Made by a program: the position numbers and the translations under genes
Source: a virus
Lineage: Duplodnaviria; Heunggongvirae; Uroviricota; Caudoviricetes
IMG/VR virus record: IMGVR_UViG_2681813004_000011
DNA length: 17,781 bases
Strand: one strand, 5' to 3'
Shown: positions 7,872 to 15,358 of the stretch, piece after piece
Position numbering within the stretch: the first letter of the stretch is position 1
How the letters are laid out: every line of letters starts with the position of its first letter
The notes under the pieces: model-generated
Database searches by the model: none
Told to the model about the DNA's origin: nothing
Seen by the model: the letters and a program-made list of their open reading frames with translations, nothing else

Positions 7872-9232
7872 TTTCGCAGTATCCCCCTGAACATCGCCTT
7901 CACCGCATCACGCTCTGTTTCGCTTATGGCCTTATTACCGTCAGACGCGCCCTCCTGGCGTGTGCCTGACGACGTTTTCCCGGAAGACGCGAACGGATCC
8001 TCACGGGCATCACGACGGGACAGCGCCTCCAGACTGTAGTTCTGCTGCTGAAGATACAGTGCATCACCGCCGGCCAGGGGCGGCAGGTTCTCACGTTTAC
8101 GGGCCTCATTGGGCGTGAGAAGCGTATTTTTCACCGCATCCCCCAGCGTTTTCATGCGCCGCTCACTGTCCATTCTCAGCAGCGTGGTGACATCAAACTC
8201 CGTACTCTCGTTTTCCCCCGTTTCCAGCGCCTCATCCAGTAACAGTTCAATGGACTCAATCAGCGTCTGCAGGCACTGGGAATAATACTGCTGCTCCAGC
8301 GCCTCCACGTTGTCACTGGAAGGCGGCTGGCCAACGCCAATCTTGTAGGCCGGGACACGGAACACCGAACAGACAATTTCAGCGGTCATCTTCAGTTGTT
8401 CCACCGTCTGCGCATCCACAGGTGAAAACGTCGTGGGGTTGTATTTTGCCCCGTTGCTCAGAATGGCCGTTTTCCCCGCATTTTCGCCTGTATACCCGCT
8501 GTCCCAGTTGCTCTTCAGTTTTTTCGCATTTTCTTCCGTAATACTGCCGGGGATCTCAATCACCCCGGACGGCCTGCCGCCATTTCTGAAAAAAGACGTC
8601 GAATTTTCCTGAATATGATGCCCCTGCGTGGCCGCCAGCCCGGCGGCATACACCGGCGGCAATCCTATAAGCGGATGAAAAAAACAGTTAAACCGGTCGT
8701 GGATCACTTCCCGGGCAGGCACCGTCACCGCCTCCGTGATCCCGCAGTTCCGGTCCGGCGTGATGCGGTAGAACACCTCGCCGTCATCCGCCACCAGAGG
8801 TTCAACCCGGCTCCAGTCCAGAATACGCAGTTCTTTGATCTGCCCCCGGGCATTACGGATTTTCAGCACCACCGTATTGCCATGACGCAGTTTGGCGTTC
8901 AGCCACAGTTCAAAAAACTGGATGCGGTTCTGCTGGGCGTTGGGACGACGACAGAGGCGGGCAATATCCCCCCGGCGCGTTTCCCTGCGTATCCCATGCG
9001 CATCCGTCTGCATAAGACGCAGCCGCATTTTGGCGATATCCTGGGATATCAGCGAAATACATGCAAACACCGCATGAAAGGAGAGGACGGCTTCAGGATC
9101 GGCTTTCACGCCCTGCTGCCAGGCGCCGGAAAAGGGCTCAGCCACCGCCTGAAACAGGCTGGTCCAGCCCGCCTCTCTTACGTCACGTCCTGATTTCTGG
9201 TTTTTTCGGGTTCGCCGTAAAAGGTTCCACAT
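7868..9232 (-). CDS. Portal protein (HK97 family)
   Basis: 454-aa ORF with portal-family motifs as recalled: N-terminal FHAVFACISLISQDIA, central FFRNGGRPSGVIEIPG...NWDSGYTGENAGKTAILSNGAKYNPTTFSPVDAQTVEQLK, C-terminal LLRMDSERR...LTPNEARKRENLPPLAGGD, and an acidic tail. Confidence 0.9.
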   Translation of the reverse strand: MWNLLRRTRKNQKSGRDVREAGWTSLFQAVAEPFSGAWQQGVKADPEAVLSFHAVFACISLISQDIAKMRLRLMQTDAHGIRRETRRGDIARLCRRPNAQQNRIQFFELWLNAKLRHGNTVVLKIRNARGQIKELRILDWSRVEPLVADDGEVFYRITPDRNCGITEAVTVPAREVIHDRFNCFFHPLIGLPPVYAAGLAATQGHHIQENSTSFFRNGGRPSGVIEIPGSITEENAKKLKSNWDSGYTGENAGKTAILSNGAKYNPTTFSPVDAQTVEQLKMTAEIVCSVFRVPAYKIGVGQPPSSDNVEALEQQYYSQCLQTLIESIELLLDEALETGENESTEFDVTTLLRMDSERRMKTLGDAVKNTLLTPNEARKRENLPPLAGGDALYLQQQNYSLEALSRRDAREDPFASSGKTSSGTRQEGASDGNKAISETERDAVKAMFRGILRK

Positions 9233-9399
9233 TCGCCATGCTCCGCATCACGTTTCTTTTTCTGACCTGCCGGACGTCGCACCGTGATGTACTCCGCCTT
9301 TCCCAGGCGAACCAGCACCTCCGCACACGGCTGTGCCACATCACGGATATCCCCGGCCCGGGCATCATGCGTGCCCTGCAGATATCGGATCTTTGCCAT
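9178..9399 (-). CDS. Hypothetical small protein (73 aa); may not be real
   Basis: ORF starts right after a GC-rich hairpin downstream of the capsid gene and overlaps the annotated portal start by about 55 nt in another frame. No recognisable motif and a weak SD. Confidence 0.3.
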   Translation of the reverse strand: MAKIRYLQGTHDARAGDIRDVAQPCAEVLVRLGKAEYITVRRPAGQKKKRDAEHGECGTFYGEPEKTRNQDVT

Positions 9400-9409
9400 A
9401 ACCTGTTAC

Positions 9410-9427
9410 GGGAGGCGCACGCCTCCC
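9410..9427 (-). other. GC-rich stem-loop immediately downstream of the capsid gene stop
   Basis: GGGAGGCG-CA-CGCCTCCC forms an 8-bp perfect stem. It lies between an AAGGAGG motif and the ATG at 9399 and has no U-tract after it. Confidence 0.4.
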
Positions 9428-9443
9428 GTCCTCCTTATCAGAC

Positions 9444-11381
9444 TCAGCCGCCGGACGCACTGCCGTAGTTCACTCCGGTGATCACCGCCACCGCCGCAGT
9501 ACGGCGACGACGCCAGTTGATCCAGCGCTCCGCACGGATGGCCACGCTGCCTGTCTGGAACATGGAAACCAGCTCCACCGGGGACGGCGTGGTACTGTCG
9601 CCGGTCGGCTCAGACTGCATTTCCAGTGATGCCTCGCGGGACATATCCACTGCCACGCCGCCGTCATCCGCCAGATAAATATCCGGGGCATTCACCAGCA
9701 CCAGCTGGTCACCCACGTACTGGGAGACAATCACCGGCAGCCCCTGGAAGGAGCCACCCAGCAGGGTCATGTCCGGGTATTCCTTCTGACCCAGCGCATT
9801 TTTACGCATGGACAGTGCCAGGGCATTGGTGCTGGACATCAGCCAGACCGCACCGGTGGGCTGCAGGTTTGCTGCCACAAACTGTCCAAACGCCGCCTCT
9901 GCATCCGCATCCGGGTTACCGGTTGATGCCGTGCCCTTCACATCATGGGTGATGGACGCCGGGGAGACATCTGCCACTGCGGCTTTTTTCGGGTCCACAA
10001 AGTCTGTATCCAGACGCGCCACCACCGCTTCCGCCAGCGCATTACGGACCAGTGCATCAGCAGCCGGACTGGAAAAACGGATCAATTCTTCCGTCAGTAC
10101 CGCAATGGCCGACACTTTCGCATGACTGAAGGTGATGGATTCAAAATCAAACTTCGTCAGGGGTTTTGCCTTACCCTCACCCACCCAGCCGGCAGCACCG
10201 CCGGACACCTGGGCGTGCACACGGATATTGAACGGCACCTGACGAAGTGCAGGGATCCCGCCCTGACCAAATCGCCCGATAATGGTCTGCGGACGCAGGT
10301 AATCAATAAAGTCCTGTGCGTATTCCTGATATTCAGACAGGCTGCCTGCCCACTGCGGATCCGTGGTGGTCCCCGCGCCCACTGCCGATTTCAGGACATG
10401 ATGCAGACGACTGTCATCCGGATACTGACGACGGGCCACTTCCAGGGCTTCAGATCGGACGCCTTTAGCCGCAGCCAGCGATTTGGCAAAGCGGGCGAAG
10501 CCAATCCCCTTATCCAGTTTCTGCTCCACACGGATCACCGGCGCAGAAGCCACCGCGGCCACATTCCCGTTACCGGCCTGTTTCACCGGCTGCGCCGTGG
10601 CGGCCTTACCGGCTTCCAGTTCACGCAGACGCTTCAGGTGCGCATCCACCTGACGGATTTCCGCTGCGGTGTTGTCGTAATGCTCTTCCTCCTCCACATC
10701 CAGCGTGCGCCCTTCCTCTGCGGCTTTGGTCATGACCTCCTCAAGGGAGGCTGCCAGCGCTGCACGCTTGTTTTCAAAACTTTTAATCTGTTCGCCAATA
10801 TTCATTATGGTCTTTTCCTTATGAAAAACGGTTGTTGACTGTGCCGCAGCGCCGGCAGAAGATGCGATTTTCACCACCGGTTTCCGGTTGCCGGACGCGG
10901 CAGAAAACGGGCGGTCGTAAGATTTAATGGTCCGGATGGTGCATTCCGCATTCGCGGGCACGGTGACGGCAGACACCTCCATCAGTTCCCAGCGCAGAAA
11001 ATGCAGTCCGCCTCCGTCCAGAAAGGTGTATTCATGGGGACGGAAGCCCACGGACAGCCCCCTGACCAGCCCGGTCTTAATGGCCGCCCAGACCTCATCC
11101 AGCCGGGCAGCCAGTTGCGACGGCATATCCGGTACGGGCTTCACCAGTGTTGCCGTGATTTCCAGCCCTTCGCTGACCCGGCGTACCGTACACTGCCCCA
11201 CCGGGCGGGAATGGTCATGCTGCCAGAGAAACGGGATCGCACTGCCAAACTCCGCGCCCTCCGGCTCCAGGATGTCACCATCCCGATCCGGAGAAGGTGT
11301 TGACGCAATCCCGGTGATCACCCGTTCATCCTCACTGAAGGATTTCACCGTCAGCAGGGAACAGGCCCGTTTAAGAGTCAC
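9444..11381 (-). CDS. Prohead protease - major capsid protein fusion (HK97-type protease domain + HK97-fold capsid)
   Basis: 645-aa ORF. N-terminal ~170 aa carry prohead protease motifs (ITGIASTPSPDRDGDILEPEGA, IPFLWQHDHSRPVGQ). The remainder has the coiled-coil N-terminal region and C-terminal motifs (GLPVIVSQYVGDQLVLV, SVAIRAERW) typical of HK97-family capsid proteins. GTG start at 11381 preceded by AGGAGG. Confidence 0.85.
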   Translation of the reverse strand: MTLKRACSLLTVKSFSEDERVITGIASTPSPDRDGDILEPEGAEFGSAIPFLWQHDHSRPVGQCTVRRVSEGLEITATLVKPVPDMPSQLAARLDEVWAAIKTGLVRGLSVGFRPHEYTFLDGGGLHFLRWELMEVSAVTVPANAECTIRTIKSYDRPFSAASGNRKPVVKIASSAGAAAQSTTVFHKEKTIMNIGEQIKSFENKRAALAASLEEVMTKAAEEGRTLDVEEEEHYDNTAAEIRQVDAHLKRLRELEAGKAATAQPVKQAGNGNVAAVASAPVIRVEQKLDKGIGFARFAKSLAAAKGVRSEALEVARRQYPDDSRLHHVLKSAVGAGTTTDPQWAGSLSEYQEYAQDFIDYLRPQTIIGRFGQGGIPALRQVPFNIRVHAQVSGGAAGWVGEGKAKPLTKFDFESITFSHAKVSAIAVLTEELIRFSSPAADALVRNALAEAVVARLDTDFVDPKKAAVADVSPASITHDVKGTASTGNPDADAEAAFGQFVAANLQPTGAVWLMSSTNALALSMRKNALGQKEYPDMTLLGGSFQGLPVIVSQYVGDQLVLVNAPDIYLADDGGVAVDMSREASLEMQSEPTGDSTTPSPVELVSMFQTGSVAIRAERWINWRRRRTAAVAVITGVNYGSASGG

Positions 11382-11393
11382 ATCAGCCTCCTG

Positions 11394-11419
11394 AAAATAA
11401 AAAAACCGCCGGAGCGGTT
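11394..11419 (-). terminator. Stem-loop plus U-tract between the large terminase and the capsid gene
   Basis: Minus-strand RNA reads AACCGC-uccg-GCGGUU followed by UUUUUUUAUUUU, then the AGGAGG SD and GTG start of the protease-capsid gene. Confidence 0.45.
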
Positions 11420-11444
11420 CGTGATGGTTACAGTGTGAACAGGG

Positions 11445-13106
11445 TTATATGAAAAAAACCGCATATTCTTTCTTTTTCGGTTCCGGGTTAAGGGACATCA
11501 GGGAGACCGCATTGAACAGCGCCATCAGCGGGTCAATTTTTCCCCGTCCACTGGCCTGTTTGGTGATAAGAATGGCGTTACCTTTAGGCTCCACCCGGGC
11601 ATTGCCGACACACCAGGCCATCAGGGGCTGGTCACCATGCACCAGCACCCCTTCAGCCAGTTTGCGCTCGGTGGTTTTAATGGCCCCGCCCAGTTTCCAG
11701 CCCTGGCTTATCCCCACCACAATTCCGTCGGGGATCCCGGCTTCCGCCAGTGAATCCAGAATCTGCCCCACCCCTGACGGGTCAATACCGATATGGTCCA
11801 GTAACTCAGCCTCATGAATGCGACGCACATATTCCGCCACTTCCGCCGTGTCATCCCCGACACGCCGGACAATGGTCATATCTCCACAGGCAACAAGATC
11901 CTGAAACCGGGACGCCTCGCTCTTCCGTCGGACCACCGCGGCTTCATGCGCCCAGGCATGGCCCCAGCCCAGCCATTCGCGGGTCTCCCGGTCACGCCCA
12001 GTCACATACATCCCCAGCAGATCATCCAGCCCTCCGCCGTCAATCCCCACCGTCACCACATCAGCACGACGCAGGATATCGTCCAGGCTGATACAACGGC
12101 CCTGCTCTTCCCAGAAATCAGCCCCCGCCCAGCGGTCAGAGCGCAGGGCAAGACCAATTTCCACATTGGCGTGTTTTGACATGAACCCCCGGAATGTCTC
12201 TTCACCGGCTTCCCGGGCTTTACGGTACTCCCGGTACAGAAAGGCCTCATCCACTGAATAGCCGAGATTCGGATTGACCATGGCGAGGTTTTCCATCAGC
12301 AGGTGAGCCCCGCTTTCCACCATTTCAGGAGGGTGTTCAAATATCACCGGCAGAAAGTGCGGATCATGAATTTTGCCGTCGCGCACATCCCGGGCGTACT
12401 GCAGTTTCTGTCTGAATACCCCGGCGGGCGGTTCATTCGACTGGGTGGTCGTATACACCACAAACCCTTCCGGGCGGGAGGCAAGGCCGCCTATGGCTTC
12501 ACGTAACATGTCCTCCGCCTTGCACTGCTTGCCAAACAGCCACAACTCATCAATCAGCGTACCCACGGACTTGATACCGGACACCGTATTCGGATCGGCT
12601 GCCACCACCTTCAGGGTGGTGTCTGTCACCCTGTGGGTGATGGTCCGGATATGTGTCTGCACCTGGCAGAGGTCATCCAGATCATCGTCACGTCGTACCA
12701 TATCCCGGGCAGGGTTGAAGGCGTTGGCCGCCACCTCCACAGTCGGGGCCAGAATCGTGTAACCCGCCGCCTGCCGCCAGTTCAGTAACAGCGCCGTCAT
12801 CATGATCCCCGCGGCCAGCGTGGACTTCGAGTTTTTCTTGGGGATAAGGATAAAAACTTCCTTGATATGGCGTACACCGGTCTGCGCATCGTAGGAGCCA
12901 AACAGGGCCGCCACCAGGTCAAACACCCACGGTGCACAGGACTCCCCGAACGTCGGGCTACCAGGTGCATCCACAATCCGCAGTTGTTTAAAAATCGCCA
13001 GGGCATGTGCGGCCTCGTCCGGATAAATCGGATCCGGAATAATCGACAGCCCCTTTTTCAGGCGCTCTGCCCAGTCCGGGCAGGCTGTGCTCCATACAGG
13101 TATCAT
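11445..13106 (-). CDS. Terminase large subunit
   Basis: 553-aa ORF with an N-terminal ATPase region (Walker A-like PKKNSKSTLAAG, Walker B-like LIDELW) and a C-terminal nuclease-like region (GIDPSG...KIDPLMALFNA). Its start overlaps the small-subunit stop. Confidence 0.9.
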   Translation of the reverse strand: MIPVWSTACPDWAERLKKGLSIIPDPIYPDEAAHALAIFKQLRIVDAPGSPTFGESCAPWVFDLVAALFGSYDAQTGVRHIKEVFILIPKKNSKSTLAAGIMMTALLLNWRQAAGYTILAPTVEVAANAFNPARDMVRRDDDLDDLCQVQTHIRTITHRVTDTTLKVVAADPNTVSGIKSVGTLIDELWLFGKQCKAEDMLREAIGGLASRPEGFVVYTTTQSNEPPAGVFRQKLQYARDVRDGKIHDPHFLPVIFEHPPEMVESGAHLLMENLAMVNPNLGYSVDEAFLYREYRKAREAGEETFRGFMSKHANVEIGLALRSDRWAGADFWEEQGRCISLDDILRRADVVTVGIDGGGLDDLLGMYVTGRDRETREWLGWGHAWAHEAAVVRRKSEASRFQDLVACGDMTIVRRVGDDTAEVAEYVRRIHEAELLDHIGIDPSGVGQILDSLAEAGIPDGIVVGISQGWKLGGAIKTTERKLAEGVLVHGDQPLMAWCVGNARVEPKGNAILITKQASGRGKIDPLMALFNAVSLMSLNPEPKKKEYAVFFI

Positions 13107-13666
13107 CCGCTTTCCTCATTATCGTTATTCACCACCAGTCGGGGTGGCGGTGGCACCGCAAAACGGTTAGCCGCTTTTTTCGCGGCATCACCTTTTGCCG
13201 ATTTTTTCCCGGTATCCCCTTTTTTATGGTGCGTGAACTGCGCCAGACGCCAGGCCGCATCCAGTGCCAGTTTCGGATCAATGCAGAGGTTTTCCACCAG
13301 GATCCGCCCCATGGCTTTCACCGGATCGGGAAGACCATCCTCCATATATTCAATACCAGGAGACATCACCGCGGACGGTGGCATCTCCGGATTTTTTTCG
13401 TCCGGCTGTGGTATTGCAGCCACCTCACGGCGACGGGGTTTATCCTCCTGCTCTGATTTTTTCTGCCGGTAAACAGGAACCTCATCCACCTCCACCGTTT
13501 CGCACTGTTTACGGGCTATAAACGCAAGCACCTCCGGATCTTTTGCCAGCTGCGAGCCTTTAACCCTGGCGGTCTTCGCCGAATAACCGGCGGCAATGGC
13601 TGACGCTGTTTTGTTTTTCCCGGACATGAGCGCCAGCGCAAATTTTCGTTTTTGCGTTGTCAGCAC
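13103..13666 (-). CDS. Terminase small subunit
   Basis: 187-aa ORF immediately upstream of and overlapping the large subunit. N-terminal HTH-like segment (ALALMSGKNKTASAIAAGYSAKTARVKGSQLAKDPEV) and a basic C-terminal tail. GTG start preceded by GGAGGAGG. Confidence 0.7.
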   Translation of the reverse strand: MLTTQKRKFALALMSGKNKTASAIAAGYSAKTARVKGSQLAKDPEVLAFIARKQCETVEVDEVPVYRQKKSEQEDKPRRREVAAIPQPDEKNPEMPPSAVMSPGIEYMEDGLPDPVKAMGRILVENLCIDPKLALDAAWRLAQFTHHKKGDTGKKSAKGDAAKKAANRFAVPPPPRLVVNNDNEESG

Positions 13667-13736
13667 AGCCTCCTCCCGGGTCCATAACGCACTCAGCCGG
13701 GTATGGTTCAGCCCATTTTTCCCGGCGTCTCATGCC

Positions 13737-13866
13737 GCAAATGTTAACTGCTGCCTGGTTAACATTTGCTGAAAAAGCCAGTTAACATTTTTTTCGCACA
13801 ACAAACTGAATAATAAAGATAAAAACCGAAAAAATGCCCGGGCAGCCAGTTAACATGTTAACTGGC
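13737..13866. promoter_or_regulatory. Cluster of GTTAAC-containing palindromes between HNH and terS (candidate terminase recognition / cos-proximal region)
   Basis: Five GTTAAC cores within 130 bp: an inverted repeat GCAAATGTTAAC-N9-GTTAACATTTGC (13737..13769), CCAGTTAACAT (13778..13788), and a perfect 22-bp palindrome GCCAGTTAACATGTTAACTGGC (13845..13866). A C8 run follows at 13941..13948. Confidence 0.45.
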
Positions 13867-13955
13867 CTGAAACAGGAATTTTTTCTCTGCGTGAGAGGGG
13901 GCGCGGTGTCCGGAGCGATCGTTTTTTACGCCGGATGATACCCCCCCCGCTCGGG

Positions 13956-14321
13956 TTACAGTCCGATGATGTCGTCCGCTCTGCCACTACCTCCGGACAC
14001 CTCCGGCAGCGTCGGGTCCGGCATACCACCCGCCGCTTCACGAGCAGACTTTTGTCGATGGCATTCGGTACAGAGCGTCCAGAGATTCGTCTCCTCATTA
14101 CCACCACCGAACTGAAGTGCAATTCGGTGATCGAGTTCACTGTCACAGAGGTCAACCACACGACCACAGAGACAGCACTGCCCGGCATCCCTGAGCCAGA
14201 TATGACGCTTGAGGGAAACACGTGCACTGCCACTGACACGACGCTGTTCACCCTTCAGAATATTCACCCGTCGGGTATTCAGTGTTTTGATTCTGCTCTG
14301 GAGTGTACGAAGCTCAGCCAT
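13956..14321 (-). CDS. HNH endonuclease (terminase-associated)
   Basis: 121-aa ORF with a Cys-rich HNH motif (CCLCGRVVD...ELDHRIALQFGGGNEETNLWTLCTECHRQK). Located just upstream of terS, as in HK97-like cos phages. Confidence 0.85.
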   Translation of the reverse strand: MAELRTLQSRIKTLNTRRVNILKGEQRRVSGSARVSLKRHIWLRDAGQCCLCGRVVDLCDSELDHRIALQFGGGNEETNLWTLCTECHRQKSAREAAGGMPDPTLPEVSGGSGRADDIIGL

Positions 14322-14362
14322 GTAAAATCCCCGTCATATGGCAATCAGTAAAGGAAATAAAT

Positions 14363-14562
14363 ATGTCATCGAAAAACCGGACCCGCAGAACCACAACCCG
14401 CAATATCCGTTTCCCAATCACATGATTGAACAGATCAATATCGCCCTTGAACATAAAGGTTCCGGTAACTTTTCAGCGTGGGTTATTGAAGCCTGCAGGA
14501 GAAGGCTGGCAACAGATGCAACGCATCTGCGTCCGGCCAGCATGACAAATAACGAGAAATGA
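14363..14562 (+). CDS. Small ribbon-helix-helix-like DNA-binding protein with a disrupted reading frame (possible YlcI/YnfO-like gene)
   Basis: The ATG at 14363 has a good SD (AAGGAAATAAAT) and encodes MSSKNRTRRTTTRNIRFPIT-stop. The overlapping frame continues as NHMIEQINIALEHKGSGNFSAWVIEACRRRL... (the ORF-track call 14338..14562). One missing base in a C-run near 14415..14420 would join a basic beta-strand to two helices, an RHH layout. Confidence 0.4.
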
Positions 14563-14693
14563 ACGTTCGGTTACAGGAGCAGGTACCCACTGTCCTCCAA
14601 CAATATTTCATCTTCATACCCGGCGGAACAAGACTTACCCAGCCGGAATGTACAGAATAACAACAGAGTGATAATTAATTTCTGATGAAATAA

Positions 14694-15020
14694 TCAGGGT
14701 GCAGAAGGACTAAAGATAAACGTTTTCTTCACGCCTTTACGCGGCCTGTCCTTCTCAAATCGCCATTTTGCCATCGCCTTTACAACCTGCTCATCAAACA
14801 GATGGTGCGGCTCTGAACGGATAAACTCAATTCGGGTGACAGTACCATCAGCACCAATATCAAACTTCACATCAACCCGTCCCTTTATATAATTTGCCGC
14901 TGCATAGGCCGGATATTGTGGTAATGCCTTAACCAACTGTCGGGGCATATCTGTTTTATGTTGCGTACAGCCCATAACCAGAGAAGACAACAAAATAATT
15001 AACGGAAGATTTCTTTTCAT
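14694..15020 (-). CDS. Lipoprotein carrying a TonB C-terminal domain
   Basis: Signal peptide plus lipobox-like cysteine (MKRNLPLIILLSSLVMGC). The mature part (PQYPAYAAANYIKGRVDVKFDIGADGTVTRIEFIRSEPHHLFDEQVVKAMAKWRFE) aligns well with the E. coli TonB C-terminal domain as recalled ([56 protein letters not shown]). The likely start is the ATG at 15020; the ORF track extends it to a GTG at 15035. The region looks AT-rich by eye. Confidence 0.8.
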   Translation of the reverse strand: MKRNLPLIILLSSLVMGCTQHKTDMPRQLVKALPQYPAYAAANYIKGRVDVKFDIGADGTVTRIEFIRSEPHHLFDEQVVKAMAKWRFEKDRPRKGVKKTFIFSPSAP

Positions 15021-15040
15021 TTTCATTCCCGGCACAGATA

Positions 15041-15057
15041 AGAATAAGTCTTATTCT
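15041..15057. promoter_or_regulatory. 17-bp perfect palindrome (candidate operator) in the putative promoter of the TonB-C lipoprotein gene
   Basis: AGAATAAG-T-CTTATTCT lies about 20 bp upstream of the lipoprotein start and overlaps a -10-like TAGAAT on the minus strand, with a possible -35 TTGATG about 18 bp further upstream. Confidence 0.4.
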
Positions 15058-15358
15058 AACAATGCCACCCTGTCGGCCATCAATCCTCTGCTTAATGGCA
15101 ACGACAATTATCCGACTTAAATCACAAATCAGACACATGACATAACAGGTCTTGCGAGGTAACACATCGTCCGGTTTCTTCCACCATCGCACCGAACCAG
15201 CGACCATGAGGGGACAACGCCGCGCTCCGTTAACGCGGTAAACCCCGGTGTGTATCGTTTTTGATTATCCCCGCACACTCGCGCAGAGGAGTCTCCCTGT
15301 CGGGCTGCGGTCTCTGTTAATGAGGGAATACAGCGACGATACGGCGCATCAACAAAAC

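Noticed and set aside
9945-10838. 297-aa plus-strand ORF, plus 9626..9952, 9808..10125, 10927..11394 and 11001..11303
   Set aside because: Antisense to the protease-capsid fusion gene, whose homology is clear; low-complexity Arg/His/Cys-rich translations.
11449-13472. Several plus-strand ORFs (11449..11817, 11750..12091, 11814..12179, 12373..12762, 12867..13472)
   Set aside because: Antisense to the terminase large and small subunit genes; Pro/His/Arg-rich artefactual frames.
13941-13948. C8 homopolymer as a possible phase-variation tract
   Set aside because: It lies just outside the HNH stop in non-coding DNA and controls no obvious reading frame. It is noted only as part of the candidate cos region.
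13850-14351. ORFs 13850..14251 (minus) and 13935..14351 (plus) overlapping the HNH gene
   Set aside because: Alternative and antisense frames of the HNH endonuclease region. Only the 13956..14321 frame carries the HNH motif and a start with an SD.
14563-14693. Possible convergent terminator between the RHH-like gene and the lipoprotein gene (GGAGCAGG...CCTCC)
   Set aside because: The stem has mismatches and no adjoining U/T-tract; too weak to call.
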